From contig JAAOMT010000128.1 in the NCBI GenBank assembly GCA_016748015.1, positions 2,053,538 through 2,117,537 on the forward strand: 64,000 nucleotides of DNA, given 5' to 3'. Source of the DNA: Geosiphon pyriformis uo1 (taxonomy: Eukaryota; Fungi; Glomeromycota). The notes below the pieces were generated by a model. It did no database searches. It saw only the letters and a program-made list of their open reading frames with translations, and was not told the DNA's origin. A program made the position numbers and the translations under genes. Shown piece by piece: positions 1 to 14,000 of this stretch (positions are counted from its first letter, which is position 1; each line of letters starts with the position of its first letter).

Positions 1-63
1 TTTTTGAGATTATTGGAAAACCAAAGTATCCAAATTTTTTGCTTTCAACTTTTTATTAAACAG

Positions 64-2042
64 GAAAAATTAAACGTGTCATATCGCTACGCTGCGACGA
101 CACAAGCCAGAATGGGCCTAAAGTACCCAATTATTGGGATCAAATATAATGAAAAAGACGCTGAGAGCTTTGGTGGAGTATGTATTTAAAAGGTTTCATT
201 ATTAACATATTCAGCTTTTAAAACTTTCTAATTTATCCATGATTATAAAGGCCACTTGTCAAAGAAACGTTAAAATTCAACTTCGAATCCCAAATATGGA
301 TGATTTCGAAAAATGTGTGGCCATTCTGGGAAGATATATCAATAGAGTAAACGAAGAAACATCCACAACTTCAAATACTCAGTTGGAAATACCTACTCAA
401 GTGCTTAAACCATTACAAGAAAATGATCACGTCCAAAATAACCAGAGCCTACCCCCCACTAATTCAATGAACTCTTTGATCCATACACAAAGACATTTCT
501 CGAACCCCGAAATAACAAAAAGGCAAAGTAAATCTCAAGAAAAATCCGATTGCTATGGTGGAGCTACAAAGGATCCTCCGTCACTAAATTCGTGTTTTAG
601 GTCGCCCATAAAATGTGCTCCCTCATACGGGACATTCGACTCAAGCAGTCAAAGCAAAAATAATTTTGAATTAGCTCAAGATAATAAAATGAGAAATTCA
701 AATGAAAATTCCCTAAACGAATCTACAAATAATAAAATTTTTCCATCAAGTAGATATGGAGTCTCTCATGAGACGCAAACACTTGCACCGGTGGCTCAAC
801 AATTAAAAGTAAACGGCAGCCAGGGATCAAATTTGTGCTCAAAAAATCAGATTCAAATGAATCCCCTACAAAGTGAAAGACTTCAGCAATTTCAGAGCTC
901 GCAATCATATTCAACTCCATTCCCAACTATTCCCAATCAAACTGGGCAGAACCAGACTATATCGTTACCATCAAAATTTTCTCAGCAGGGATATCAACCC
1001 TTGGAACATTATCCAGAAAAATGTTTTAGTTCTGAAACTCTTCACAGCTTCAATAACCAAAACCCACTATTCCACCCCCAAGCCAAGAACTCTCATTATA
1101 AAGAGTCGTCATCCGCATTTTCAAATTCTCCCTCTAATGGAAATGAAAAAAGTAATTGCTTTAAATTTTTTAATGCTTATCCACAATAAAAATAACAAAG
1201 TTTTACATCTTCTAATTTCAATGAGCACAGGGACTGGACAACCTTCAACTAATTCTATTCCTACGTCATATAATATGCCTGGGTCAGCTCAAACCAAATC
1301 CTCTTTTCCAAATGTAACGCCTGAATCACACGAAGATGTGAATTCATCCAAAACAAAGGCAATCGAAATTATTTCGCTTTCGTCTTCTCCATTAATTGAC
1401 TCTGTTCAAATCAAACAAGAAACAAAAGAAAAGAGCACCCCAGACCTAATAGACTTGACTTTAGAAGAGAGTATTGAGGAGAATTCTTCAGTTAATCATT
1501 GCTTTTCCCTTCGAAAACGTCAAGAATATTCTCAGACTTTACCAAAAAACGAATTTCAACAAACTCAATACGCTTTAAACAAGAATAATTTTCAGTATCA
1601 TACAAATAAAAAATTAAAATTTTCATCCAATACACGTCAAAATACAAGCCTGTCTCCACAAAATACTCACAACAAACCTCAACCATCCGAGACTCGTATA
1701 ATGGACGGCCATTTACCGGAAGAAACTCTATCAAAAAATTCTCACGTACAAGCCGTTCTAAAAGAATTCGACGAAGAGCCGATTTTCCAAACCCTATCAA
1801 ACCCGAGTCAGGTATTTGCTGCCACAGCGTCTCGGAAAAAAGAGCCGTCAAATATCCCAATAACCGAAATTCCTGAAAATAATCCTAAACTACCAATTGA
1901 CGACGAAGAACTCGAGAAATGGGTTGCGGATGTGTTAAAAGATCCAGAATTCCCAGAATTTGTCTCAAGGGTTGAGAAACTTTGGAAGGCTCGTTTTTTG
2001 GTGGATGATATGCTATGGGATTATACACAAAAGCAGAGTTAA
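64..2042 (+). CDS. REC114: REC114-like meiotic recombination protein (5' end lies upstream of the window)
   Basis: Exons ~64-177, 251-1151 and 1231-2042, with GT..AG introns 178-250 (phase 0) and 1152-1230 (phase 1) joining the three ORFs in frame. KIQLRIPNMDDFEKCVAIL resembles the end of the PH-like domain, followed by a long S/Q/N-rich linker. C-terminal ELEKWVADVLKDPEFPEFVSRVEKLW matches the Rec114 terminal motif (L..L.D..F..FV..VE). Confidence 0.7.
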
Positions 2043-2824
2043 TGAGATAGTGAAAAATGCAAGAAGTTGCGAATTTTCAACTTAAATTGAAGATTAAAAA
2101 TGATATTGAAAATGTAATATAATGCATTTTTTTACAATAATAATCTATAAATCAAGAGGTTTCGAAATTTAAGAGAGACCTTTGATCCATTTCAAAACCC
2201 CAATCTCTTAAAATGATAAACCGGGCAAAAAAGATAATAAATTTATACAATTTCACTAGTCAAGAAAATTGAAGCTTGGGAAAGCGAAATTCATCTTACA
2301 GCTAGAGATCAAAAATCTCTTAAAAATCATTTTAACTAAACAACCTTACAATCCATATTAAGAATTAAGCAAAAATTTCTGTATTGGGGAGCCAAAGAGG
2401 GGGTTGAAAAACTTAATTTCATGGATAAATTTCTTCCTTTAATCACCATTTTTGTGAAAAATTTCCCTTATAATTTTGTCGTCCTCTTGCTCATTTTAAA
2501 ATATTGGTTTGAAAACAGAGTTGACAGGCCCGCCTTAAAAGATCATTAGCTATTAAGATGAGGCTTTGACTGCTTGAATATGAGCCGCGCATCCACTGAG
2601 GCTTTTGCTGGGCTATGAATGTTTTTTTCCTATAAAAGCACATTAAAAGGAAGGTTGTACGAACTAAAAATTTTGATCCTTGAGAAACAACTAATATATT
2701 TACAATTTAACGATTTATTTTTCCAAAACTTTTGATAATATTTCTTTAATTACATATGTTATGACATAGAGGAAATTTTAAAATCATCCAAAAAACGATT
2801 TAGGATTTAATAGATTTTACGTAA

Positions 2825-4966
2825 ATGGAAAAATCAACGTCCAAAACGCCTGGAATAATCGAAGAAAAGGCTATTAACTTGGAGGTAACAGGGTTTGATA
2901 ACAATGGTGAGCCACCTTCAAACTTGAAGCGTGGTCTAGAGGCAAGGCATTTGACCATGATATCTATCGGAGGGACCATTGGTGTGTAAAACATGAATAT
3001 GTTCAGAGAGAAGTTACAATATTTTTTATTCTTGATCAAAACATTAAATTTGATTGAAGGAGATCCACAATAGACTAAGATTAGATTTTTATCAATTCAG
3101 GTACAGGCTTATTTTTAGCCTCCGGTGGCTCAATCGCCAGTGGGGGTCCAGGTGGAGCTTTAGTCGCGTATATGATTGTTGGGATAATGATTTATTTCAT
3201 GATGGCATCTTTGGGGGAGATGGCCACATATCTACCAATTTCGGGTTCATTCAACACATATGCAAAGCGCTATGTTGATCCAGCATTAGGGTTTGCGCTT
3301 GGCTGGAATTATTGGGTAGGCTAAATAATCGTTAGTAATACATCAACGATAATTTACAACCTTGATTCCAATTTAATAGTATTCCTGGGCGATAACGGTA
3401 GCTGTGGAAATCACAGCAGGTTCAATAGTGATGCAATACTGGATTAGGAGCGTGCCTGGAGTGGTTTGGAGTATTATTCTTTTATTGATTATGCTCAGCT
3501 TAAATCTTTTCTCGGTTCGTGGTTATGGTGAAGCCGAGTATTGGTTTTCGCTTGCAAAGGTGATTATTCAAAATCCGAATATCTATGGCTTACAGTAATT
3601 TTTAACCATCATATAACTGATAATTCTTTGATAGCTGTTGACCGTCGTAGTTTTTATTGTGGTTGGGTTTTTGCTAGATCTTGGGATTATCGGTGATCCA
3701 CCGGAAAGGATTGGTGGCAAAATTTTTAAATATGACATGTTTCATCAAGGTTTCATCGGTTTGTTTTCGGTGTTTCTGGCGGCTGGATTCTCCTTTCAGG
3801 GAACCGAACTTGTTGGTATAGCGGCTGGTGAGTCTTCAAATCCCCGCAAGGTAAATCAAGCTTATAAATTAAATATTGATAATTTATTCGAAATATTAAA
3901 ACTTTCATTATCCAAACTTCCGAATAAAGCATATTCCGAAAGCCATACGTCAAGTATTCTGGCGAATTTTGTTGTTTTACATCTTAGCTATATTCGTCAT
4001 TGGTTTGTTGATACCTTATGACGATCATAGGCTGCTGAATAATACGACAGACGCAGCGGTTAGCCCATTCACGTTAGTTTTCCAGAAAACAGGGTTTAAG
4101 GCGGCTCCACACCTTATGAACTCTATTATAATGATTACAGGTAAACTGAATATTTTAAATTAGTTAGATTTACTCTTTTTAAAGGATAAAATTATCAAGC
4201 TCCCAATTCATCGGACAAGTTCATAGTTCTATCGGCTGGGAATTCAGGACTTTACGCATCTTCTCGTGTTCTCTATAATCTGGGATTGGAGGGATTTGCG
4301 CCAAAAATTTTTGCGACAGTTAACGACAATGGAATACCGATTCCTGCGCTATTGGGATCTGCTAGCATTGGATGTCTCACTTTCTTAGTCTCACTATTTG
4401 GGGATGGTAAAGTTTACACGTGGCTGCTGAATTTATCCGGAATATCTGGTTTCATCACTTGGGGAGGGATTAGTTTCACTCATTGGCGATTTCGAAGGGC
4501 TTACATGGCTCAGGTATTCCCTTATTAAAGTATTTATGTTTTCAAACCTTTCAATTAATATATAAAATTCTTGGAGGTTCTATTAAACATAATTTATTAA
4601 ATTCAGGGTCGCCCAATGTCAGAGCTTCACTATCGTGCGAATTGGTACCCATTCGGTCCAATCTTTGCATTAGCATTAATCGTAATTATAATTGCTGGGC
4701 AAGGATACAGTGCAACAAATGTTCATGGCCGCTATAATTTCCAACTATCGGCCATAGCAGCAGCTTACATTGGTGCCCTCGTATTCCTGATTCTTTATTT
4801 TTCTTTCAAACTTGTAAAAAAGACAAAGATCGTTCCATTATTGGAATGTGATTTTGATACAAATCGACACATGTATGATGAAGTTGTTGGGGCGTGCGAT
4901 CGGCAAGAGGAAAAGAAAGTTGTTAGTGATGTTATTTGGAGACGGGTTAAAAATGTATTATTTTGA
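2825..4966 (+). CDS. APC-superfamily amino-acid permease (YAT/LysP-like), multi-exon
   Basis: Motifs LKRGLEARHLTMISIGGTIG, GYGEAEYWFS, GFSFQGTELVGIAAGES, LSAGNSGLYASSR and HWRFRRAY; about 7 short GT-AG introns; stop at 4964-4966. Confidence 0.93.
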
Positions 4967-5724
4967 TTAGAAGAAACGGGCGTGATAGCGACAATAATTT
5001 TTGAGAATTGATTCAGCGTATCATTCGTAAACTTTTATCAAACCTCTTGAATCACGATTTTGACTATTTTGATATTGAACATTTTTCACATCGAAATTTT
5101 TAGTTTTCACTATTTTTTTCAATAAATTCTTCCAGCTGGCATCTTCCAAATTTATACTTTTACTAGTAAAACTTTCGATATATTTTTAATGTAAATAAAT
5201 TGATGTGATAAAGTATAGATCATGAGATACATAAATAAATAGCTTTGTTGGAATAGATTGTTAATGTAATGTCATTTGAAGCTTCCTGAAAGCCAGAGAT
5301 TAACGAGATGTTGTCATTCGGTTGGCGCAAAACTTAACTGACATCAGATTTAAATTTCATGAGAATTTTGGTTGGGCCTTGAATTTGCATCACGCAATAA
5401 TTTAATCTTCACATTGAGCTTTGGATGATTTTCATTGGATCGCAAGTGATAGAACATATTGCAACTAAATAACAAAATTCTTTTGGCATCAATCTATTAG
5501 ATATGATCATTGAAATTTGAGACTTCAGTGTATTGGCCATTTCAAATCCCTATTGTGAATCTGGCTTAATGGATAATTCGGAGTTTCCATTGTCGAGATA
5601 TTATTTTGCTTTCAGAGAAATTATCAACATGTGTGGATAATGAAAGCGTCTCCTAAAGATGAGACGTTTCATCCAAGCAGAATCCATAGGAGTGAAAGTC
5701 TTGACTTGATGTGGGTCAATTGTT

Positions 5725-6872
5725 TTATATTTCTTGTCTCTGCGAAGTCTGGTGTGAGGAGGCATTCACCTCTAATATCACCAACTCGACCCTTTCCAAA
5801 ATCAGCCTGCTGACTCCTTGAACCAATTTATACATTCCCCATATAGCCTTAACTATCCCCACCACAAGAATTACAGCTATTACTAAAGCAGCAAAACTGT
5901 CACCTCTTCCACCACCACCACCACCACTTCCACTTGGAAGACGAATGTTCCAAGAAGGGAAAGGCCCAAGCCAAATTAAAGAAAACAAGATTTGTAAGAA
6001 TCCTACTATTCCTACAAACACAAATCCTGATGCCAGATGATAGTGATCAATTGTGAATATAGTGGCAAATGTCATTGGTTCTCGAAGTGCCGTTTCAGCA
6101 GTTTCCTCGCTCTCTTCTGATAAAATCTCGGAAAAGGAGGCAGGATAATCATTCAGGTAAAGGAATAATTTGGAAAAGAAGCCACCAACGAAAACGCAGA
6201 ATGCAAATAATATCAACGTGACAATAGTCAAAACAACTAAATTAAAAAGAGAATCTTGAGAATGAGCGATATCAATAGGGCAAGAAAATTGAAAAGATTT
6301 AACATACATCCGTTGGTCGCGTATTTTGCTATTGTAGTTCTTCGAAAAGCGTATTGGTATTTGCACTCATCACATTGGAAAAAACTAGTTTTCTTTTGGC
6401 TTCGCAAGCGCCAATTATTTAGACACTCAACATGTACATACTGGGTTTAAAGAAATTTAGTTTTTTTCCAAAAATAGCTCACAAAATTTAAAATAAATCT
6501 TACCCGCATAGTTCCTTTACAAAGGCATGGAGATATTAAGCGACCTAATGTGTCTTCGTCTTCGGTTCCCCCAAAACATATACGACACATTTTATCACCA
6601 CTAGTATTATCAGTTATCAAGGGGGTAGGATCTGTACCTCTTGCCAAGGCTATAACTTTTTCAATGCGGTTTTGATGTTCTTCATGCGCAATGTTTTCTT
6701 TCATCAACTGGTTTTCAGATCCAATCACCCCTTGCTGCTCATTCTCGCCAAGTAAATTTCCGCTGCCAAAAATCACTGAGCTTGATTCCCCATGTTCAGC
6801 CTTTACAGTCTCGAAATTTGCGTTTCGACGAACTTTGGTGACAGTTATATTTTCAGGTTCGCTCATATTCAT
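5725..6872 (-). CDS. RING-CH (RINGv/MARCH-type) membrane E3 ubiquitin ligase
   Basis: CRICF...LISPCLCKGTMR / intron ~6441-6503 / YVHVECLNNWR...CDECKY, followed by several TM helices. Confidence 0.88.
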
Positions 6873-7113
6873 TGAAAATTAAAAATCTTGGAAACTAGAC
6901 ATGAATCTGAAGGCTTGGTCTAAAAAAATTACCATTCGCTATTTCAAGATATTGCCGATTATTTTATTATAATTAACACCCCATCAGGGAAGATCATAGT
7001 ATTATAAATGTTCCGCAAAATCAACTTTACAAATTCTAGTCTCTGATTGGCCAAATAATTTTACCACGGTAACTCAAAATCTGCGTCTCAAATTATTATT
7101 TTTTCAAGTCTCC

Positions 7114-7763
7114 ATGGCGGTAAACTTTCGATTAGTAACTGCGTCTGATGTGGAGCATGCGTTTCAGTTAGAATCTCAAGGTAAATCACCAAAGTTCGAG
7201 GGCACCAAATCCTTTATCACAAATCAGTTTTTTCAGCAATCTTTTTACAGACTGTCGCAAAAATAGGTTATCCAGAGGACGAAGCGGCGTCACTTGAGAA
7301 ACTTAAACATCGTCAAAAAGTTGCACCCGAGCTTTTCCTAGGTGCATATTTTCCCTCAACACAGGGTTCAATTTTGATTGGCTTTGTAGTTTCAACACTC
7401 ACTTTGGAGCCTTCAATAACTAAAGAGTCAATGTCAGTTCATGAGCCCGATGGGACTACTGTTTGCATACATTCTATATGCGTCGATAAAAAATATCGGC
7501 GTCAAGGGATTGCATTAAAGTTATTAAAAGAGCATATCAGAGGATTAGATGGAAGGTATGCAAAGGTCGCTTTGATAAGTCATGAATACTTGATACCACT
7601 TTATCAAAAAGCCGGATTTATCTTGAAGGGCGAAAGTAAAGTGCGGCATGGTAAATAATTCGATTTGTTTTCTTCCTATTTAAATTCTAATCAATAATTT
7701 TGGGGTGACGATATAGGTAAAGAGAAATGGTTTGATCTTATACTTGATCTGGGAGCTGATTAA
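7114..7763 (+). CDS. GNAT N-acetyltransferase (Paa1/AANAT-like)
   Basis: Exons ~7114-7180, 7268-7650 and 7717-7763. Motifs YPEDEAAS, CIHSICVDKKYRRQGIA (acetyl-CoA motif A) and LIPLYQKAGF. Confidence 0.88.
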
Positions 7764-7889
7764 TGACTTAAAAATACTAGAAGGATTCACACAGCAAAAC
7801 AATATAAATGAACTCGAATTTACAGGTTCAATCTCTCAAAAATGTACATTACAGCAATCGGATTAAACTTATCTAATACCTTTTTTTTG

Positions 7890-8783
7890 CTAATCAAGTT
7901 TCCTCGAACTATTTTTCTCGGCTAGGTACGCGATCGAATTTAAATATTCAAATTTCATCACATTCGGGATCTCGGATGAATCACGTAAATAAAAAAATTG
8001 GGCAAATGGCGAATTGAGAACAGTACTGAATGCTAATGAAGGTCGAATTATATATTCTACAAAAAGAAACCATGCAAGGGCAAATCCTAAGCCAAAGCAG
8101 TTACCAACTAAAACTTGTTTGGGAGTGTGGTAATTAAGGTATATCCTTTTCATATAAAATAAAAACATTGAATTGAATCAGAACAATCCTAAAACACTGC
8201 TAACCGAGCTATTGATGATTACCTGGAATAAGACACTGCCACCGAGAACGATATTAATCCAAAAGTCAAATTTAGCTTCCAAAAAATTGAATGAAACGTA
8301 ATTCTAAAATTCAAAGAATTATCTGGTAAAATTAAATTTGCAACTTTATAATTCGAAAGCGCTTTGAATACCTTCGATATAAATATAGTATTGAATATGT
8401 AGCCCAAAAAGCCATGAACTGCGCATGTGAGGAAGGCATTCCGTAGCTGTCTCGCAAATTATCTAAAGAAAGCATTGTATCTGTTGCATAGTGAATTGCC
8501 AACAAACAAACTTGATAATGCTTAGTTTACCAGTAGGTCTCTTCTCTTTTAACCAGGCCTTTAAGATTGCATTGAAGCTCTCGCATGCAAGTTGCCCGAT
8601 TAATATCAAAATAGCTGCCACCTCTCGCCTTGCCATGATGGTGGTAACATAAGCTACTAATATTGCTATTGGGGCAAGAGTGATATAAGCAAAAACATTT
8701 GATAAACGATCGGAAGGATTAAAAACTACGTGTGTAAGAGAGAGTGCTGTTAAAGGTTCCTCCTGGTCTAATCGCCGCGCCAT
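7890..8783 (-). CDS. CAX4: Dolichyl-diphosphatase (PAP2 family; Cax4/Cwh8/DOLPP1-like)
   Basis: LSLTHV, K...KEKRP, YGMPSSHAQF (reverse complement at ~8415-8447) and SR/IYLNYHTPKQV cover the three PAP2 motifs; two introns. Confidence 0.9.
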
Positions 8784-8905
8784 ATATTCAAAATATGAAA
8801 CTGAAATTTATGTACTATATATCACAGCCAATAGCAAGATAAGTCTGTCGGTAATAAATTGATCATTCTCAAGTCCCAACTTCGCAAACGTCTCGATTCC
8901 TCTAA

Positions 8906-10720
8906 ATGAATGATCAACTACCTTGTGAGACTCTTCAGCAAATCTTGTCTTATTTGGCGGGCGCAAAGGACTCCAATAGCTTATTCTCGTGCCTTCTTGT
9001 CAACCGTGCCTGGTGTGTTAATGCAACATCCGTTCTTTGGCGTCGCCCCTTTGAACTCTGTCCTACGGATGCAAGCCGTGCAGTCTTAGTCCAAAGGTGT
9101 CTTAGCCTTTTGCCAAAAGAAGTGAAGGTGAAATTAGGTCTGCTTGGAGCAAACATAAAAACAAATGAACCCAAATTTGATTATCCTGCTTTTCTGCGGG
9201 AATTGTCGTTAGTGGATTTATTTCGTGCCGTTTCTGAGTATTACAAAAGACTAGGACAAGGGAAAGCAAAATTCCAGGACTCCAAGTCACAGGATGGTTA
9301 GTCAAATCTATTCAATTTTTGAGTTTCAAGAAACATTTGTTTAAGATTATTTTCCCGTCAAATAAATACAGCTATGTTATGTTTTGTAACCCAATTTCTC
9401 TTGACAATAGGTTTTTTCTTAATATTTTAAACAATACTTTTAATTCACATAGAAAACTTATTTTTGACCACTGAGGAGGAGCTTCAATGCTATGCCATTG
9501 TGGAAGAGCTTACAAAACTCTTTTTCGCTCGATGCGAAGCATTTGAATATTTTGCCCTAGAAACAAATGAAGACTGTGGTGGGTTTGATCCTGAAACTTT
9601 GGAAGATATAATCCCAAAGTTGATTACAATTGCTTTATCCAAACTTAAACATCTTCGAATACTCAAGATCAGCGGCGCCACCTTTAATAAGTTAGGGAAT
9701 CTTCAAAAACTTTCGGCCACCTGCCGAAATCTTGAGAAATTAATTCTGATACTTGACTATAATATTAATTTCTGCGAGCACAGCTACCAAGATAAAGTGG
9801 CTAAACAAGTCACCAAACTAATGACTGTACAAAATCACTTGAAGCACTTCGCAGTGCTAGCAGGGAAATGCCCAGACTTTTCACAGAATCTATGGTTAGC
9901 ACACATAATGCTTCCACTGAAGGGTCAAGCAAGCACTCTTTCCATTATTGAGCTTGATGCTGGTGAATTTCCGGATGAAACAGACCTTACTGGTTTAGAT
10001 TCCTGCGAGAATCTGGAGACCATCATTCTCAACAAAATACATTCCGTACCGCCTAACTTTTTTAATGCTTTGGAGGGAGCAAATTTTCCCAAACTCAAAA
10101 TTTTCCATGTGGGCGGAAGTCCTCCACATTTCCCTGATTTGATGCCAGCCCACCTCTTTAACTCTGCAGCACAATTAGGCTGTCTAATTCAAAACGCCAA
10201 AGAAAGTTTGCAACAAGTCTGGTTGCCCATAATGGATTTAAGATTTTTCGACGGCATATTCAATGCACTTTTGTATTGCCAAAACCTCACTCATTTACAG
10301 GTGGTTATCGATCGTGGACAAGATCTGGCACATTTATCAGAGATCTTAGAAGTGTTTAACAAAATGGAGTGGCTTCAGATCAGAGGCCATTACGAAAAGC
10401 TCTTTTTCGGGGACGATAAGAAGATCGCGCCACAACTTATGGCGGATCTTGGAAGACGGATGCCGACAACACTTCGGCATCTCGATATCCAAGCCGAATG
10501 GGAATACGATGTTACCATCTTCAAGAGATTTCTCGAAGAACTCCGGGTTCTTCCAAAGTATCTTAGGGTCACTGCTATGAACGGTGTGAGAACTGCCATG
10601 AATTTTCATGAAGCAATAAAGGATTGCGCGGCATCACATCAACGAGAGATCGTGAGGGCTGGCTCTGATGTTGAAGAGATCGGGTGTTGGAAACCCTATG
10701 CATATTGTAGTTTAGAATAA
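8906..10720 (+). CDS. F-box/LRR (RNI-like) protein
   Basis: LPCETLQQILSYL...LFSCLLVNRAWC...VLWRRPF and FDYPAFLREL are typical of the Glomeromycotina F-box class; second exon has LRR-like repeats; intron ~9297-9452. Confidence 0.88.
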
Positions 10721-11039
10721 CTCTTTCAGCAGTATGACTTGTAAAAAATTAAACAATCAAACTATGGCAATTTTTTAAATGGTTCATCAATCCAGGTTTC
10801 ATATTCTGAATCTTACACTGTGCAAAGCCTAATTCAAAGACAATATTTACCTGATGAACCAATTAAATAATGTACAGAAATTTTAAGAGGTATTTTTTAT
10901 CGAGATTTGATAGTTTGGGATTATGGAGCACAAAAACGTTTCTTTTTTGCAATTTTTGGCATTGCGACTAAGTATATAACACTTGAGCTCGCTCATATGA
11001 AGATTTTACAAGAAAAAATAAACTAATTTTCCTCAATCC

Positions 11040-14000
11040 AAAAGGTCTTAACCAGCTTTATTTATGCTAGTTAAAATCATGTTCGACTGGCCACTAATAC
11101 ACTGAATAGGGAGTTGGATCCCACCGCCCGCTACAACCCAGAAGCCAACCAGACTAGGGATTCACAACAGCCGTGGGGGTAAGAGTTCAATAGGGAAAAA
11201 CCGCGGCGGATATTGATGTCATCTGAAAAATGGAAGTGAGATTGAGACGAATGACTTAAAAATTTTACAAATAGACTCGCCCAACATACGTTTTGAGCTG
11301 CCAACTCGCGGCTTCTTCCCAGATCTGATGAAAAAACCTTTGGATCTCAGCACTGCTACAAGTGCCAAAATTTAGGTTATCTAGCTGCTAACTTTTAGTT
11401 TCCCAAGAGTTGTTTTAAAAAAGCCATTTGTATCCAAAGTTTTTGCAATTGGAAACTCAAATTATCAGTTTTGTCAAAGTTAAAAAAGAATATAATACAT
11501 ATTTTTCCAATAATAGTAATATAAATAATGTAAAAGTGTTTCTTTTAAGTAATAATACAGTAAGTTGGCTATTGGTTTTTAATATTAATATAAACTTTAT
11601 AATTAGTAAATTGAATGTAATTTAGCTTAATATAGTATTAATATAAATTCAAATAACTGGTTTTAGGTAAAAAAAATATGTAATATCCACTTTATTTGGT
11701 TATATTAGATTGATGATATATAAATAAAATAATATTTAAACAAAATTATTACATTTAATTTATTTAATTATAAAATACAAACAAATTTTATTAATAAAAA
11801 ATATAATATTTAAATATATATCTTAATTTTTTAACTAATTTTAAATTAAAAACAAAGTTTTTATAGTTTTTAAATATATTAATAATAATAATTTAATTAA
11901 ATTGTTGTTAGAAATACTGTATATTTGATTTAAAATACTAAGAAAAGTAAAAGTTTTAAGCTAGTTAAATTATTCATATTAAATATTAGTTTTATTGTGA
12001 TTTTTAACAAGTCTTTAAACAAAAAAGTTAAATTTGTCAAAAAATTTTTTTATTAAATTAATAATTTTAAAAAAACATTAACTCTCTCAAAATTTCAAAG
12101 TATTATTAAATTTAATAGTGTAAAAACTATTAATTTAATTGTTTTTAAATAGTTAATTTTGTTGAATAAAAACTTTGTTTATATAATCAAAGCTAATAAT
12201 AATAAACAATTATGTAATTTAAAGAACTATTAATATACTTTTTTATATATTTTGCTAATAAACATTATTATCCATAATCTTTTTAACTTTTTGTTGTCTT
12301 ATAATAAAAAAATATGTTTTATCTTATAAAATTCTGTATTATACATATATATATATTATATTATTGTGTATTTTAAATTTGCTAATACCAAAAATATCAC
12401 TGTTTATTTAACTTTAATTTTCAAGAACATAAGTTTAACTTAGACTAATTTGTTAATTTTTGTATACACTAAATGTGAAAAATATAGTTATGTTTCTAGT
12501 TTTTGTAAATTAAATTTAAAATTTTTTGGTCAAAGTTTAAAGAAAAAATTCTTTAATTCTAATAAAAAACATTTTACTTCTATTTATGTTAAAAAATAAG
12601 CTTCAGTTTTTTATTTGGTGTTTTTTAATAATGCTACTTAAACTTTTATAGTAAGTAGTAAGTTGTATAATTTTTTATTTATATTATTAATTGGTATTTT
12701 CTTAATAAAACTCTTATATAATACTTTAATAATGTTTTTGTAAGTTTAATCATCTTTTTAACTGGATGTCTTAGAATATTTTTTGGAATTTCTAGTAAAT
12801 TATATAGTAAAAATTTTTGTTTATTAATGTTTTTTTTAAATACCAAAATATCACTCATACAAATTACTGAGCCAAAATCAAATTTAATTATTAATGTATT
12901 ATTATAAGTTTTTTAAGAATTATTAAATAGCATTACTATATTAAAATATCTTTTCTTTAATAGATTTAAAATTTTAATTGCCAAAATTGGCAGTTTGAAA
13001 ATTAATATATTAGTTTTAAAAAATTTGATTAAAACAATTTTAAATAAATTAAAATCTTTTTGTTTAGATAATAATATGGTAATTTTTTTTTATCTTCAAT
13101 AAATAACTTAATTTGAAAAATAATTACATGTAATATTAGAAATATAAATGTTTTTGCTAAGCAAAATAATAATATTAAGTAATATAAAAATTCAAAAAAT
13201 AATATTTAATTGTTATTGAGACTAAATTTTGCTTTAATGTTAAACTATAGATTAAAAATAAATTTGCAAGTGTAAAAATATTTACTTCTGATTTGAATTT
13301 TAAATATTTGAATATTAATATTACTTTAATTTAAATAAATATTTAGCTAAGCATGTTTTAAAAATTTCAGAAATTTTTGGTAAACTTTTAATAATCTATT
13401 TATTGTTTAAAAACAAATAGTTAGTTTTTGTGTTGAGATTATATGTAAATATATCTTTAAAAAGATGTTTAAACCAAATAACTTTATTAATTTTTTATAA
13501 TTAGTGTTTTTAATAAAAATACTTTTGTTATTTTAGAGAATAACTTTAATAAAGATAATATTAAATATAATATTAGTTTCAAAAAAAATGTAGATCTAGA
13601 TTAATTTAATTTTTTAATTAGTAGTTTTTTTGTTAAATTTTTTATATAAAAAAACTCTAAAGATATTAAAAAGATTATTAATTTTATTTTTATTTTATCC
13701 AACTTGATAAATATATTAACTAATAGAAAAATTACATATGTAAATAAATTTTTTAATATTGATTATAATATTGTTTATATTATTATTAATCTTAATGATT
13801 TTTTAAATATGGTTTTATAAATTCTTTACATATAGACTAATAAAAATTTAATATAAAAAATACTAATAAAGTAAAGTAAAAATTATTTAAAATTTTAATA
13901 CTTAATACTACTGCTATATATATTAATAAGTTTATTATTGTAAAAAAAATTTTAGATATAAATGAAATGTAAAAAATTATTTTACAAATAATCTGTTTTT

